From: Macrostomum lignano
Lineage: Eukaryota
Direction: 5' to 3'
DNA length: 64,000 nucleotides
Assembly: GCA_002269645.1 (NCBI GenBank)
Contig: NIVC01001185.1
Coordinates: forward strand, 124,001 to 188,000
Shown here: positions 1-10,381 of the stretch, piece by piece
Layout of the letters: every line of letters begins with the position of its first letter
Position numbering within the stretch: the first letter of the stretch is position 1
Position numbers and translations under genes: made by a program
The notes under the pieces: model-generated
What the model was told of the DNA's origin: nothing
What the model saw: only the letters and a program-made list of their open reading frames with translations
Database searches by the model: none

Positions 1-80
1 TGTCACTCTCTCAGCTAGCACTCAGACTCCCTGTCACTCCCTCAGCTAGCACTCAGTGAAACTCCGTCACTCTCTCAGCT
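1..80. repeat. End of a ~30-bp tandem array (TGTCACTCTCTCAGCTAGCACTCAGACTCCC-like) running in from the window edge
   Basis: About 2.5 degenerate copies visible at 1-80. Confidence 0.6.
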
Positions 81-162
81 TTGCTCTCATATTTTCTTCA
101 AATTCAATGCTCGCTACTTTCAGTAGTAACAAATACATCAATCAATCTATATATACGAGCGT

Positions 163-1863
163 ATGTCTAGTCCAGACCCGACTTCAAACGACCTACACGT
201 CAATAACAAAGACTATATTGATGGCAACAAAGAGGCCGAATATTTAGCCCTAATTAATCGCGGCGCTGTGCTACTCAGCCGCTATCCGTTGGTGCCGCAG
301 TCGGCCAATCACGATTGCGGCATCGCCTGCTTGCGAATGGTGCTACGAGGCCTTGACGTGCCGCAGGCGGAAACCCTCCTAGCCGAGGCTATGGAAGCTA
401 GCGATCTGGGAGAGAGCGTCTGGACTCCCGACTTGCTGCGTATACTGCTGCACTGCGGGCTTCGGGCTCAACTGTACAGCATCTGCCTGCTGCCTAACCC
501 TGGCTATGCTCAACTGGTTGGTTTAAAGCGAACCTCATCGCAAATCTGTGACTGTTTATTTAATAAAAACGCTCTCCAAGTCCATCTCAAGGATAATCGC
601 CCTTCAAATCCCCTCTCACAGGATAATCCCCTCTAACTCCCATCTCAAGAATAATCCCTTCAAAATCCTCTCTCATAGGATAATCACTCTTCTCAAAATT
701 CTCTCTCACAGGATAATCCCCTCCAAGTCCCCTCTCACAGGATAATCCCCTACAAGTCCCCTCTCACAGGATAATCCCCTCCAAATCCACTGTCACAGGA
801 AAATCACCTCTAAATCCCCTCTCAAGAATAATCCCTTCAAAATCCTCTCTCATAGGATAATCACTCTTCTCAAAATTCTCTCTCACAGGATAATCCCCTC
901 CAAGTCCCCTCTCACAGGATAATCCCCTACAAGTCCCCTCTCACAGGATAATCCCCTCCAAATCCACTGTCACAGGAAAATCACCTCTAAATCCCCTCTC
1001 AAGAATAATCCCTTCCAAATCCTCTCTCATAGGATAATCAATCCCCTCAAAATCTCTCACGGAAAAATTGAAAAAAATCGCTGTTTAATTACACAGGTGT
1101 TGTAGCTACCTTAATATTTTAATTTAGTTATTTATTCGATAACTACATATCGGTAGCTATACACCCTCGTATAACTACAATACTCGCGCGTAGAACTTCT
1201 ATCGCGACAAGTTCTCATCAGATCAGCAGCGAGTTGCTCGCAATTTAGATTGGATCAGCCAGATTGATCCCCAAGCCGCTGTGCAGCAATCTCTACCCCT
1301 TAGCGCTGTGCTGGATCACCTGTCCGCCCGGCTGGGACCCGTCATCTGCCTTATTGACGCTAACAATACTGATGCTGCCAGACTGCGGGTGAGCATTTGA
1401 CTGATTCTGTGGTAGATTGTGCGTAGACAGAAAGACAGACAGACAGACAGATAGACAGACAGGTAGACAGACAGACAGACAGACAGGCAGGCAGACAGAA
1501 AGATAGACAGACAGACAGACAGACAGGCAGGCAGACAGAAAGATAGACAGACAGGCAGACATACAGGTAGACAGGTAGACAGACATACAAGCGGACAGGC
1601 AGACAGAAACTTCAAGCCTCATCGCCACCCCGCAGTCCTGCATGCACTGCAACTGCCTGTCGCTGTCTTCGCCCTGCTGCGGAGACGGCCCCTACCAGGG
1701 GCACTACATCCTGCTGTGCGGCTATCTTTCAGAGGAGCGCCGTCTTATCTATCGGGATCCGATGAGCCGAATAAGCGAATACAAATTGATGTCTTTCAAA
1801 GAATTCGACCGAGTTCGAACCGCGTATGGCACTGATGAAGATTTATTATTTGTGTTTGGGTAG
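163..1863 (+). CDS. GUCD1: Protein GUCD1 (guanylyl cyclase domain-containing 1; C39-like peptidase fold), join(163..516,1194..1388,1636..1863)
   Basis: Motifs PQSANHDCGIAC, SVWTPDL, FYRDKF, YQGHYILLCGY and RTAYGTDEDLLFV match the GUCD1 family. GT-AG junctions are all phase 0 and give a continuous frame. Confidence 0.9.
570..1055. repeat. ~29-bp minisatellite (CACAGGATAATCCCCTCCAAGTCCCCTCT) with ~177-bp higher-order period, in GUCD1 intron 1
   Basis: Unit visible directly; variant GGATAATCACTCTTCTC recurs at 678 and 855. Confidence 0.9.
1424..1605. repeat. (GACA/GGCA)n microsatellite in GUCD1 intron 2
   Basis: Direct observation. Confidence 0.95.
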
Positions 1864-2058
1864 CCTCCGGGTCTCTGCTTTGTCCATATTAGCGCATGGC
1901 TGAATGTTAATTATATCGAAAACTTAATGACATTTTTAACATTTTTTCCTTTCATTTTTTTTGCTTTTAGAAAATCTTTTAATTACCTAGGAATTTGATT
2001 CTTCAAAATTCTTTTAGAAATAAGATTAGATCTATATCTAGGTATAGATTTTGACAGG

Positions 2059-3589
2059 ATGGCGCACGGAACTGAACCCGGGGGTCGCAGCGCCAAAGTC
2101 AGACGCGTTCAGAGCCGAGCTTCTTAGAGTCAGACTAGCAATCTGGTGCCCCCCCCTTCGGGGCGGCCAATAAGCAAGGAACAATAGATAGCCAGCACCC
2201 CCAGATAGAAAGCACCCACCCAAATAGAAAGCACCCCAGACAGCAAGCATCCCCCAGATAGCAAGCATCCCCCAGATAGCAAGCATCCCCCAGATAGCAA
2301 GCATCCCCCAGATAGCAAGCATCCCCCAGATAGCAAGCATCCCCAGATAGCAAGCACCCCCCAGATAGCAAGCATCCCCCAGATAGCAAGCATCCCCCAG
2401 ATAGCAAGCATCCCCCAGATAGCAAGCATCCCCCAGATAGCAAGCATCCCCCAGATAGCAAGCATCCCCCAGATAGCAAGCACCCCCAGATAGCAAGCAT
2501 CCCCCAGATAGCAAGCATCCCCCAGATAGCAAGCATCCCCCAGACTGCAAGCACCCCCAGATAGCAAGCACCCACCCAGATAGCAAGCACCCACCCAGAT
2601 AGCAAGCACCCACCCAGATAGCAAGCACCCACCCAGATAGCAAGCATCCACCCAGATAGCAAGCATCCCCCAGATTGCAAGCACCCCAGACAGCAAGAAG
2701 GCAACTCAGATAGATGCCTTAGAAAAAGTTTTTGAGCGGTAAAAGTTTCCAGGTTCAAGTCTTCTATTATTTACTTTTGTGGTTACATTTTTTCAGCCGC
2801 TACTCAGCCGTCATTGCTTCCGTCTGAGCAGCTCCTTGCCTGCTCGTCGACGATCTGACGCTGTCGGGGCGGATTGTCAGCGACCGCTGGATCTGGTGCT
2901 GAGGGATCTGCCAGCCGGCTGTCAGCTGGACACCGTCAGACGGGCTCTGGGTCGGTTTGGCGAGGTGGCCAGTCTGTATAGAGTTGGCTTCAGCAAGGCT
3001 GGTTCTACGTGTATGGCTAGGCTAATCAGGTTGGTTGGATTGTTAGTTAGTTAGCACTTAGTCACTTAGTCACTAAGTCACTAAGTCACTTAGTTAGTTT
3101 GTCAGTCAGTTAGTCAGTCAGATAGTTAGTTAGTAAGTTAGTTAGTTAGTCAGTTAGTTAGTTAGTTAGTTAGTCAGTTAGTTAGTTAGTTAGTTAGTCA
3201 GTTAGTTAGTCACTTAGTTAGCCAGTTAGTTAATTAGTCAGTTAGTCAGTTAGTCAGTTAGTCAGTTAGTTAGTTAGTTAGTTAGTTAGTTAATCAGTTA
3301 GTCAGTTAGTTAGTTAGTTAGTCAGTTAGTTAGTTAGTCAGTTAGTTAATCAGTTAGTCTGTTAGTTAGTTAGTCAGTAAGTTAGTTAGTTAGTTAGTTT
3401 GTTAGTTTGTGAATCAGTTAGTTAGTTAGTCAGTTAGTTAGTCACTTAGTTAGCCAGTTAGTTAATTAGTCAGTTAGTCAGTTAGTCAGTTAGTTAGTTA
3501 ATCAGTTAGTCAGTTAGTTAGTTAGTCAGTTAGTTAGTTAGTCAGTAAGTTAGTTAGTTAGTTAGTTTGTTAGTTATTTAATTAGTTAA

Positions 3590-3634
<45 letters not shown>

Positions 3635-3721
3635 CAGTTAGTTAGTTAGTCAATTAGTTAGTTAGTCAGTTAGTTAGTTAGTCAGTAAGTTAGTTTGTTT
3701 GTTTGTTTGTTAGTTATTTAA

Positions 3722-3770
<49 letters not shown>

Positions 3771-6700
3771 CACTTAGTTAGCCAGTTAGTTAATTAGTCA
3801 GTTAGTCAGTTAGTCTGTTAGTTAGTTAGTCAGTTAGTTAGTTAGTTAGTAAGTTTGTTAGTTAGTTAGTCAGTTAGTTAGTCACTTAGTTAGCCAGTTA
3901 GTTAATTAGTCAGTTAGTCAGTTAGTTAGTTAATCAGTTAGTCAGTTAATTAGTTAGTCAGTTAGTTAGTTAGTCAGTAAGTTAGTTAGTTTGTTAGTTT
4001 GTTAGTTTGTGAATCAGTTAGTTAGTTAGTCAGTTAGTTAGTCACTTAGTTAGCCAGTTAGTTAATTAGTCAGTTAGTCGGTTAGTTAGTTAATCAGTTA
4101 GTCAGTTAGTTAGTTAGTCAGTTAGTTAGTTAGTCAGTAAGTTAGTTAGTTTGTTAGTTTGTGAATCAGTTAGTTAGTTAGTCAGTTAGTTAGTTAGTCA
4201 GTTAGTTAGTCAGTTAGTTAGTTAGTCAGTTAGTTAGTCAGTTAGTTAGTCAGTTAGTTAGATAGTTAGTCAGTTAGTTAGTCAGTTAGTTATTTAGTTA
4301 GTCAGTTAGTTAGTCAGTTAGTTAGTTAGTTAGTCAGTTAGTTAGTTAGTTAGTCAGTTAGTTAGTTAGTTAGTCAGTTAGTTAGTCAGTTATTTAGTTA
4401 GTCAGTTAGTTAGTCAGTTAGTTAGTTAGTTAGTCAGTTAGTTAGTTAGTTAGTAAGTTTGTTAGTTAGTTAGTCAGTTAGTTAGTCACTTAGTTAGCCA
4501 GTTAGTTAATTAGTCAGTTAGTCAGTTAGTTAGTTAATCAGTTAGTCAGTTAGTTAGTTAGTCAGTTAGTTAGTTAGTCAGTTAGTTAGTTAGTTAGTTA
4601 AGTTAGTCAGTTAGTTAATCACTTAGTTAGTTAGTTAGTTAGTCAGTTAGTTAGTCAGTTAATCAGTTAGTCAGTCAGTTAGTTATTTAGTTAGTCATTG
4701 TTTCCCTGATTATTTATGTCGGGCAGTGTACACGCCCTCGCGAACTCGAACCCTCAACCTCCACCCTTGCTTCCTGGCCAGATACCAGCCGGAAGCCGCC
4801 CATCAGCTGGTGGGCCGTGACCTCCTGCTATCCGGCCGCAGCCAGGCGCAGGTGTACCTACGCTGGGAGACGCCGCTGCTGCCGCCGACTTCCCCAACTC
4901 TGCTAGCCGCCGAGCTGTCAACATCGCCAACATCGGCAGTACAGCGAGCCGTACGAGACTTTTTTACCAGTCGACTCGGCAGAGTTCAGTGCTTGTCAGT
5001 CTGGCGCGACTGCTCCATTGCTGTCCGGTTGCTGGGCGAACAGGATTTTAATAGGGAAGCAGCGTTGAACTTAGTCGGCGAATGCCTGCAGCTGGCACCC
5101 GGCCTGAGCGCCCCGGTGCTCTGGGCTCCTGGCCGGTGTCCAGGCGATGGCTCGTTTAGTTTTAGTCGACTTCGCCTGCGGCAGGTCAGCTCCGGATGCT
5201 GGCAGCGGCCGGTGACCGTTCGCGATGTGCACTCGCGCTTTCATGGACGCATCGGCCGGGTGACATCGGTTGCCTTCAGTAGCCGCGGCTTTATCGAAGT
5301 CTGGCTGGAGAATGATGATGATGGGCAGCGGAGTCGTCGGCGACTGTCCGGTGAACTCGCCGGGCGGAGCTTCGAATTGGCTACCGGAGTCGAACTGGTG
5401 GTCGTGGATGATTCCGACAACGACTATAGCTGTCGAACTCTGTTGGCTTCATCTAGAGCTTCTTCCGCTCTCTACTCGTCAAAATCCGCTCCCTACCCAA
5501 CTGCATCCGCTCCCTCCCCAATCGCATCCGCTCCCTCCCCAATCGCATCCGCTCCCTTCCCAATCGCATCCGCTCCCTCCCCAACTACATCCGCTCCCTC
5601 CCCAACTACACCCGCTCCCTCCCCAACTTCATCCGCTCCCTCCCCAACTTCATCCGCTCCCTACCCAACTTCATCCGCTCCCTACCCAACTTCATCCGCT
5701 CCCCACCCAACTTCATCCGCTCCCTCCTTAACCACATCCGCTCACTCCCCAGCCCCATCCTCCCACACGGACGGGTTCGTACCATCAGGCGGCATATGCC
5801 TGCTTCTCTCTGTCCCACGCGGCGGACTTCTCACGCCCGACTCGGCACATAGCTGCCTAGAGCGACTACTCAAGCATCAGTCGATTAAGTCGAACCTCCG
5901 TTGCTTAGCAACTCGCCGCATCGGCGCCGGCCTTGTCGAAGTGGCCCTGCCGGCGGAATTGTCAAACTCCGCCCTCGCTCTGGTCGGTCGGCGCTACAGA
6001 TTACTCAATGAAGGTCAAACGGAAGTCGGCATCGAGCTTGGCCGGTCCTCGCTTCCGGCCTCGACTGTGCAGCTGACTGTGAAAAATCTTCCGTTTGGTA
6101 CCAGCGTCGAGGACGTCGCTGAGGCGCTGCGTCAGCGCGGCTGTCGCGTCTTGCGCTGCTTTCTACCATTCAAGGACGAAGCAATGGCCACCGTGACTGA
6201 GCTAGTCGACGACGTTGAATGTAGCGTCGATATGTCGGTACAGCGTCGCCTTGTCGGCTCCCTGCTGACTGTGGCTGACGTACAGTGTCCGGTTTTTCTC
6301 TCGCTGGAGTCGCTGCCGCCTACGGCGCGACAGTTCATCGCTGAAACGACATCCGACATGTCGGAGGCGTTGGCGGAGACGGCGGCCAAGTCGACGGCAG
6401 TGCAAGCGGCGCTGACTGACTGGCTGAACGGCCTTGGATGCGGACGGCTTCTGCGGCTTAAGGTGCGTTGGCCTCATTGAATTTGGGATATTTCCCCTAT
6501 TCTCAAAATGGGACTTTTCCCTATTTTAAAGTGGGATATTTCCCCTATTCTTAAAGTTGGATATTTCCCCTATTCTTAACTGGGATATTTCCCTATTCTC
6601 AAATTTAGGATTCCCCACGCCAGTACTATTATGATTTTCAAGGTAAGTAAATTAGTACGATCGTAGTTACGAACGTACCCACCTAAACCTAACTTGCATT

Positions 6701-8210
6701 TTCTTGCGTTCCAAAATTTAGGTACCGCTAAACTTTGCCCAATGTCGCTGTTTTTTCTTCGACCTAGACGTCGAAGGATCTTGTCGCAAATCGCTGAACC
6801 ACCTGGTTGGCAAGCTGCTGCAACTACCGAGTTCAATATTTGGCGAGAGCTGCCAAATTCTGTTGACGCAACCAAAGCACGGGCTGCCGCGAACTGCCGG
6901 CTGGGTGAAGATCATTGACGAGGAAAAGTGTGCGACTTATGAAGGCCACGATTCTGCGTCAGCTGGCGGTGAGTTTTACTTTGATCTTGCCGCTACTAGA
7001 CCCACATGCACTTTGATCTTGCCGCTAATAGACCCAAATGCACTTTGATATTGCCGCTACTAGACCCACATGTACTTTGATCTTGCCGCTACTAGACCCA
7101 AATGCACTTTGATCTTGCCGCTACTAGACCCAAATGCACTTTGATCTTGCCGCTACTAGACCCAAATGCATTTTGATCTTGCCGCTATTAGACCCAAATG
7201 TACTTTGATCTTGCCGCTACTAGACCCAATTGCACTTTGATCTTGCCGCTATTAGACCCAAATGTACTTTGATCTTGCCGCTATTAGACCCAAATGTACT
7301 TTGATCTTGCCGCTATTAGACCCAAATGCATTTTGATCTTGCCGCTACTAGACCCAAATGCACTTTGATCTTGCCGCTACTTAGCCGCTACTTGACTTTA
7401 AATCTTAACTCGATCAGATTCCAAACACTCTGATCACGCTGCCATAACTAACTATAAGTGCCATTAGTTATAAAAACTACACGCCCTCATCATTATCCAC
7501 TTCCAGACGTGCATCTTAAATCGCGCCTAATCGAAGCTCTTCAAAGTCGTTTCGGTCGGGTACTCTGTCTTGACACCGACTCCACCGGCTGGCTAGTTGC
7601 CTTTGATCTTGCCGCAAATGCCAAATTGGCCCTATCGATTGGTCGCTTTGATCTCGACGACTGCCGACTGCGGCTTGTCCGACCGGAGACCGGCTTGGCT
7701 CTGCTGCGCCTGTCCAACCTGCCGCCAGCCGCGACTCGAACCCGGGCCGACGCTGTCCGACTGCTGTTCGGCCGAGACTTTCTCGACGACCTGATGGACG
7801 TGTCTGTTGATCGACATCGTCGCCAGTGCTACGCCGTTGTCGATTCGCGAGCCGGCGCGACACCAAGACAGCTGCTGGCTCGCCTGCGGCACCGCGGCAT
7901 CGAAGTTGAAGTCACCGACTACAGCAGCAACCAGCAGCACCGGCTCCTAGGCGATGACAATAAACTGTTGCTAAGCAACCTGTCGGCTAGCGTGACAGAT
8001 TATCGATTGTTAAAATGGCTGTCAACCTACGGCCGGGTGCTGCGGCTCCAGACGCCGAAACCGTTCAACGGACAGTCGGTGGCCACTTTGCTGAGCTCGC
8101 ACTCGGCCAGAGACGTTGTTGCGTCTAGCGGCAAAGCGGATGTCGTATTAAACGACGGCGTCAAAGTTGAATTGTTTCGTCGAGACGGATTGGTTGGGAA
8201 TTTGAGCTGA
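2059..8210 (+). CDS. Uncharacterised multi-RRM-like protein (~967 aa), join(2059..2097,2797..3029,4782..6462,6722..6968,7507..8210)
   Basis: Exons join in compatible phases (0,2,0,1) at GT-AG sites; total 2904 nt. Repeated RRM-like segments: LVLRDLPAG..RRALGRFGEV, LTVKNLPFGTSVEDV, LRLSNLPP, LLLSNLSASVTDYRLLKWLSTYGRV, plus recurrent LVGxxLxL. Exon 1 (MAHGTEPGGRSAK) is the least certain. Confidence 0.7.
2187..2696. repeat. 18-bp minisatellite (CCCCCAGATAGCAAGCAT) in intron 1 of the multi-RRM gene
   Basis: Direct observation. Confidence 0.95.
3050..4697. repeat. (GTTA/GTCA)n microsatellite, ~1.65 kb, in intron 2 of the multi-RRM gene
   Basis: Direct observation. Confidence 0.95.
5490..5760 (+). 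repeat. 21-bp in-frame minisatellite encoding an (S/A)SAP(S/Y)PT linker
   Basis: About 12 copies of CATCCGCTCCCTCCCCAACTT-type units inside the long ORF, no stops, no obvious flanking donor. Confidence 0.85.
6484..6612. repeat. Short ~28-bp array (core TGGGATATTTCCCCTATTCT) in intron 3 of the multi-RRM gene
   Basis: About 5 copies visible. Confidence 0.85.
6975..7395. repeat. 32-bp minisatellite (TTTGATCTTGCCGCTACTAGACCCAAATGCAC) in intron 4 of the multi-RRM gene
   Basis: Direct observation. Confidence 0.95.
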
Positions 8211-8239
8211 ATGCTTGGTGGCGTTGGCTTTTGTTTGAT

Positions 8240-8930
8240 GAAGCTTCACTTTGAAGGGTAAACTTGAAGGTCACAGAGCTTGTGGGGGTTAGTTTCACCT
8301 TAAAAAAGTACACTTAACGGTCATTGAACAAAAAGAAAGTTTCGCCTGAAGGTCATCAAACTAAGTAAGGGTACACTTAAAAGTCATTAAACTGAGGAAG
8401 GGTACACTTAGAGGTCAACGAGCTTGAAAGAGCTAGCTTCATCTTGAAGGGTACACTTGAAGGTCAACGAGCTTGAAAGAGTTAGCTTCATCTTAAAGGG
8501 TACACTTGAAGGTCAACGAGCTTGGAAGGGCTAGCTTCATCTTGAAGGGTACACTTGAAGGTCAACGAGCTTGAAAGAGTTAGCTTCATCTTAAAGGGTA
8601 CACTTGAAGGTCAACGAGCTTGAAAGAGCTAGCTTCATCTTGAAGGGTACACTTGAAGGTCAACGAGCTTGAAAGAGTTAGCTTCATCTTAAAGGGTACA
8701 CTTGAAGGTCAACGAGCTTGGAAGAGCTAGCTTCATCTTGAAGGGTACACTTAAAGGTCAACGAGCTTGGAAGGATAGCTAGAGTTAGAATGGTACATAT
8801 GAGGTCACAAATCTAAATAAAGTTACACCTGAAGGTCACTAAACTAGAGGGTAGATTTTATTTTAAAGGTACATTTTGAATGAGGTTGACAGTCGTAGCC
8901 TCCTTTTTAAGGGTACATATGAAGGTCTCG
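8240..8930. repeat. 49-bp minisatellite (GAGCTTGAAAGAGCTAGCTTCATCTTGAAGGGTACACTTGAAGGTCAAC) with degenerate flanks
   Basis: Period 49 (8420 to 8469); regular core at 8400-8780. Confidence 0.9.
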
Positions 8931-9361
8931 TGGTTGAGACGATAATCATCAATTATGCTTTAGTAAACTACGAGTATATATGATTTCAATCGCGCATTTA
9001 CAGCCAATTTCTATTGTTTTTTTTGCTGTTGCAAAAGTATATAAAAGACGTAATTGAGATCTTTCTAGCAAACGAACTGCTGTGCATTTTTGTAAAAACC
9101 AGTTAGTTATTGGCTTGGCTTTGTTGATTTCTTTTTTGTTTTGTTTCAACTTTAAATAGAATTTCCCTAAGCTCAGCGGTTAACGCGTCTGACTCTTTCG
9201 CCACGATCCCCCCCCCTTCCCTAAGACACATGTCTGACCATCCATTAGAAGTCAGAGCCGCTGTACACCCCGTGTGAGCGTGTGTGTGAGCCAGGAATCT
9301 CAGAAGTCAGCGGAATGGGAATTTCTGCTTTATAAATCAACAGCAAATCCAGCGCATCAGA

Positions 9362-9806
9362 ATGCACTCCATAACCGACGTGAACAAGCCGCTATGGGAC
9401 CAGAGCACCTTCTGGGGCCGGTTGCGTCATTTCGCCTGGCTCACCGATCCGCGCTCCGTGTTCGCCAGCCGGGCCAAGCTAGAAGCGAGCCGCGACCTCA
9501 TCTTGGCCTGCCGCTCTGGCGCTGTGGATCCGCGCACGGTGCCCGAAGCCGAGTTGATTCGGGCGAAACAGCTGTTCGAGAGCGCCTATCATCCTGACTC
9601 TGGCGAGCTGCAGAATCTGGTTGGCAGGATGAGCTTCCAGGTGCCCGGCGGTATGGCGCTGACCGGAGCTCTGATGGCCTTCTATAGGACTACCGCTCAG
9701 GTGAGACTTTAAGCTGACCTCTCTTGTCTGGGGTAGCTGCTCTCACTGTCTGCCTGTCTGTCTGCCTGCCTGCCTGTCTGCCTGTCTGTCTGTCTGTCTG
9801 ACTGCC

Positions 9807-9850
<44 letters not shown>

Positions 9851-10166
9851 CGTGTGTCTGTCTGTCTGACTGTCTGTCTGTTTTTCTGTCTGTCTGTCCG
9901 TGTGTCTGTCTGTCTGTATGACTGCCTGTCTGTCTGTCTGCCTGTCTGCCTGTCTGTCTGTCTGTCTGACTGCCTGTCTGTCTGTCTGCCTGTCTGCCTG
10001 CCTGTCTGTCTGTCTGTCCGTGTGTCTGTCTGTCTGTCTGACTGCCTGTCTGTCTGTCTGTCCGTGTGTCTGTCTGTCTGTCTGACTGCCTGTCTGTCTG
10101 TCTGCCTGTCTGCCTGCCTGTCTGTCTGTCTGTCCGTGTGTCTGTCTGTCTGTCTGTCTGACTGCC

Positions 10167-10226
<60 letters not shown>

Positions 10227-10338
10227 CGTGTGTCTGTCTGTCTGACTGTCTGTCTGTTTTTCTGTCTGTCTGTCCGTGTGTCTGTCTGTATGACTGTCTG
10301 TCTGTCTGTCTGCCTGTCTGTCTGTCTGCCTGTCTGCC

Positions 10339-10381
<43 letters not shown>

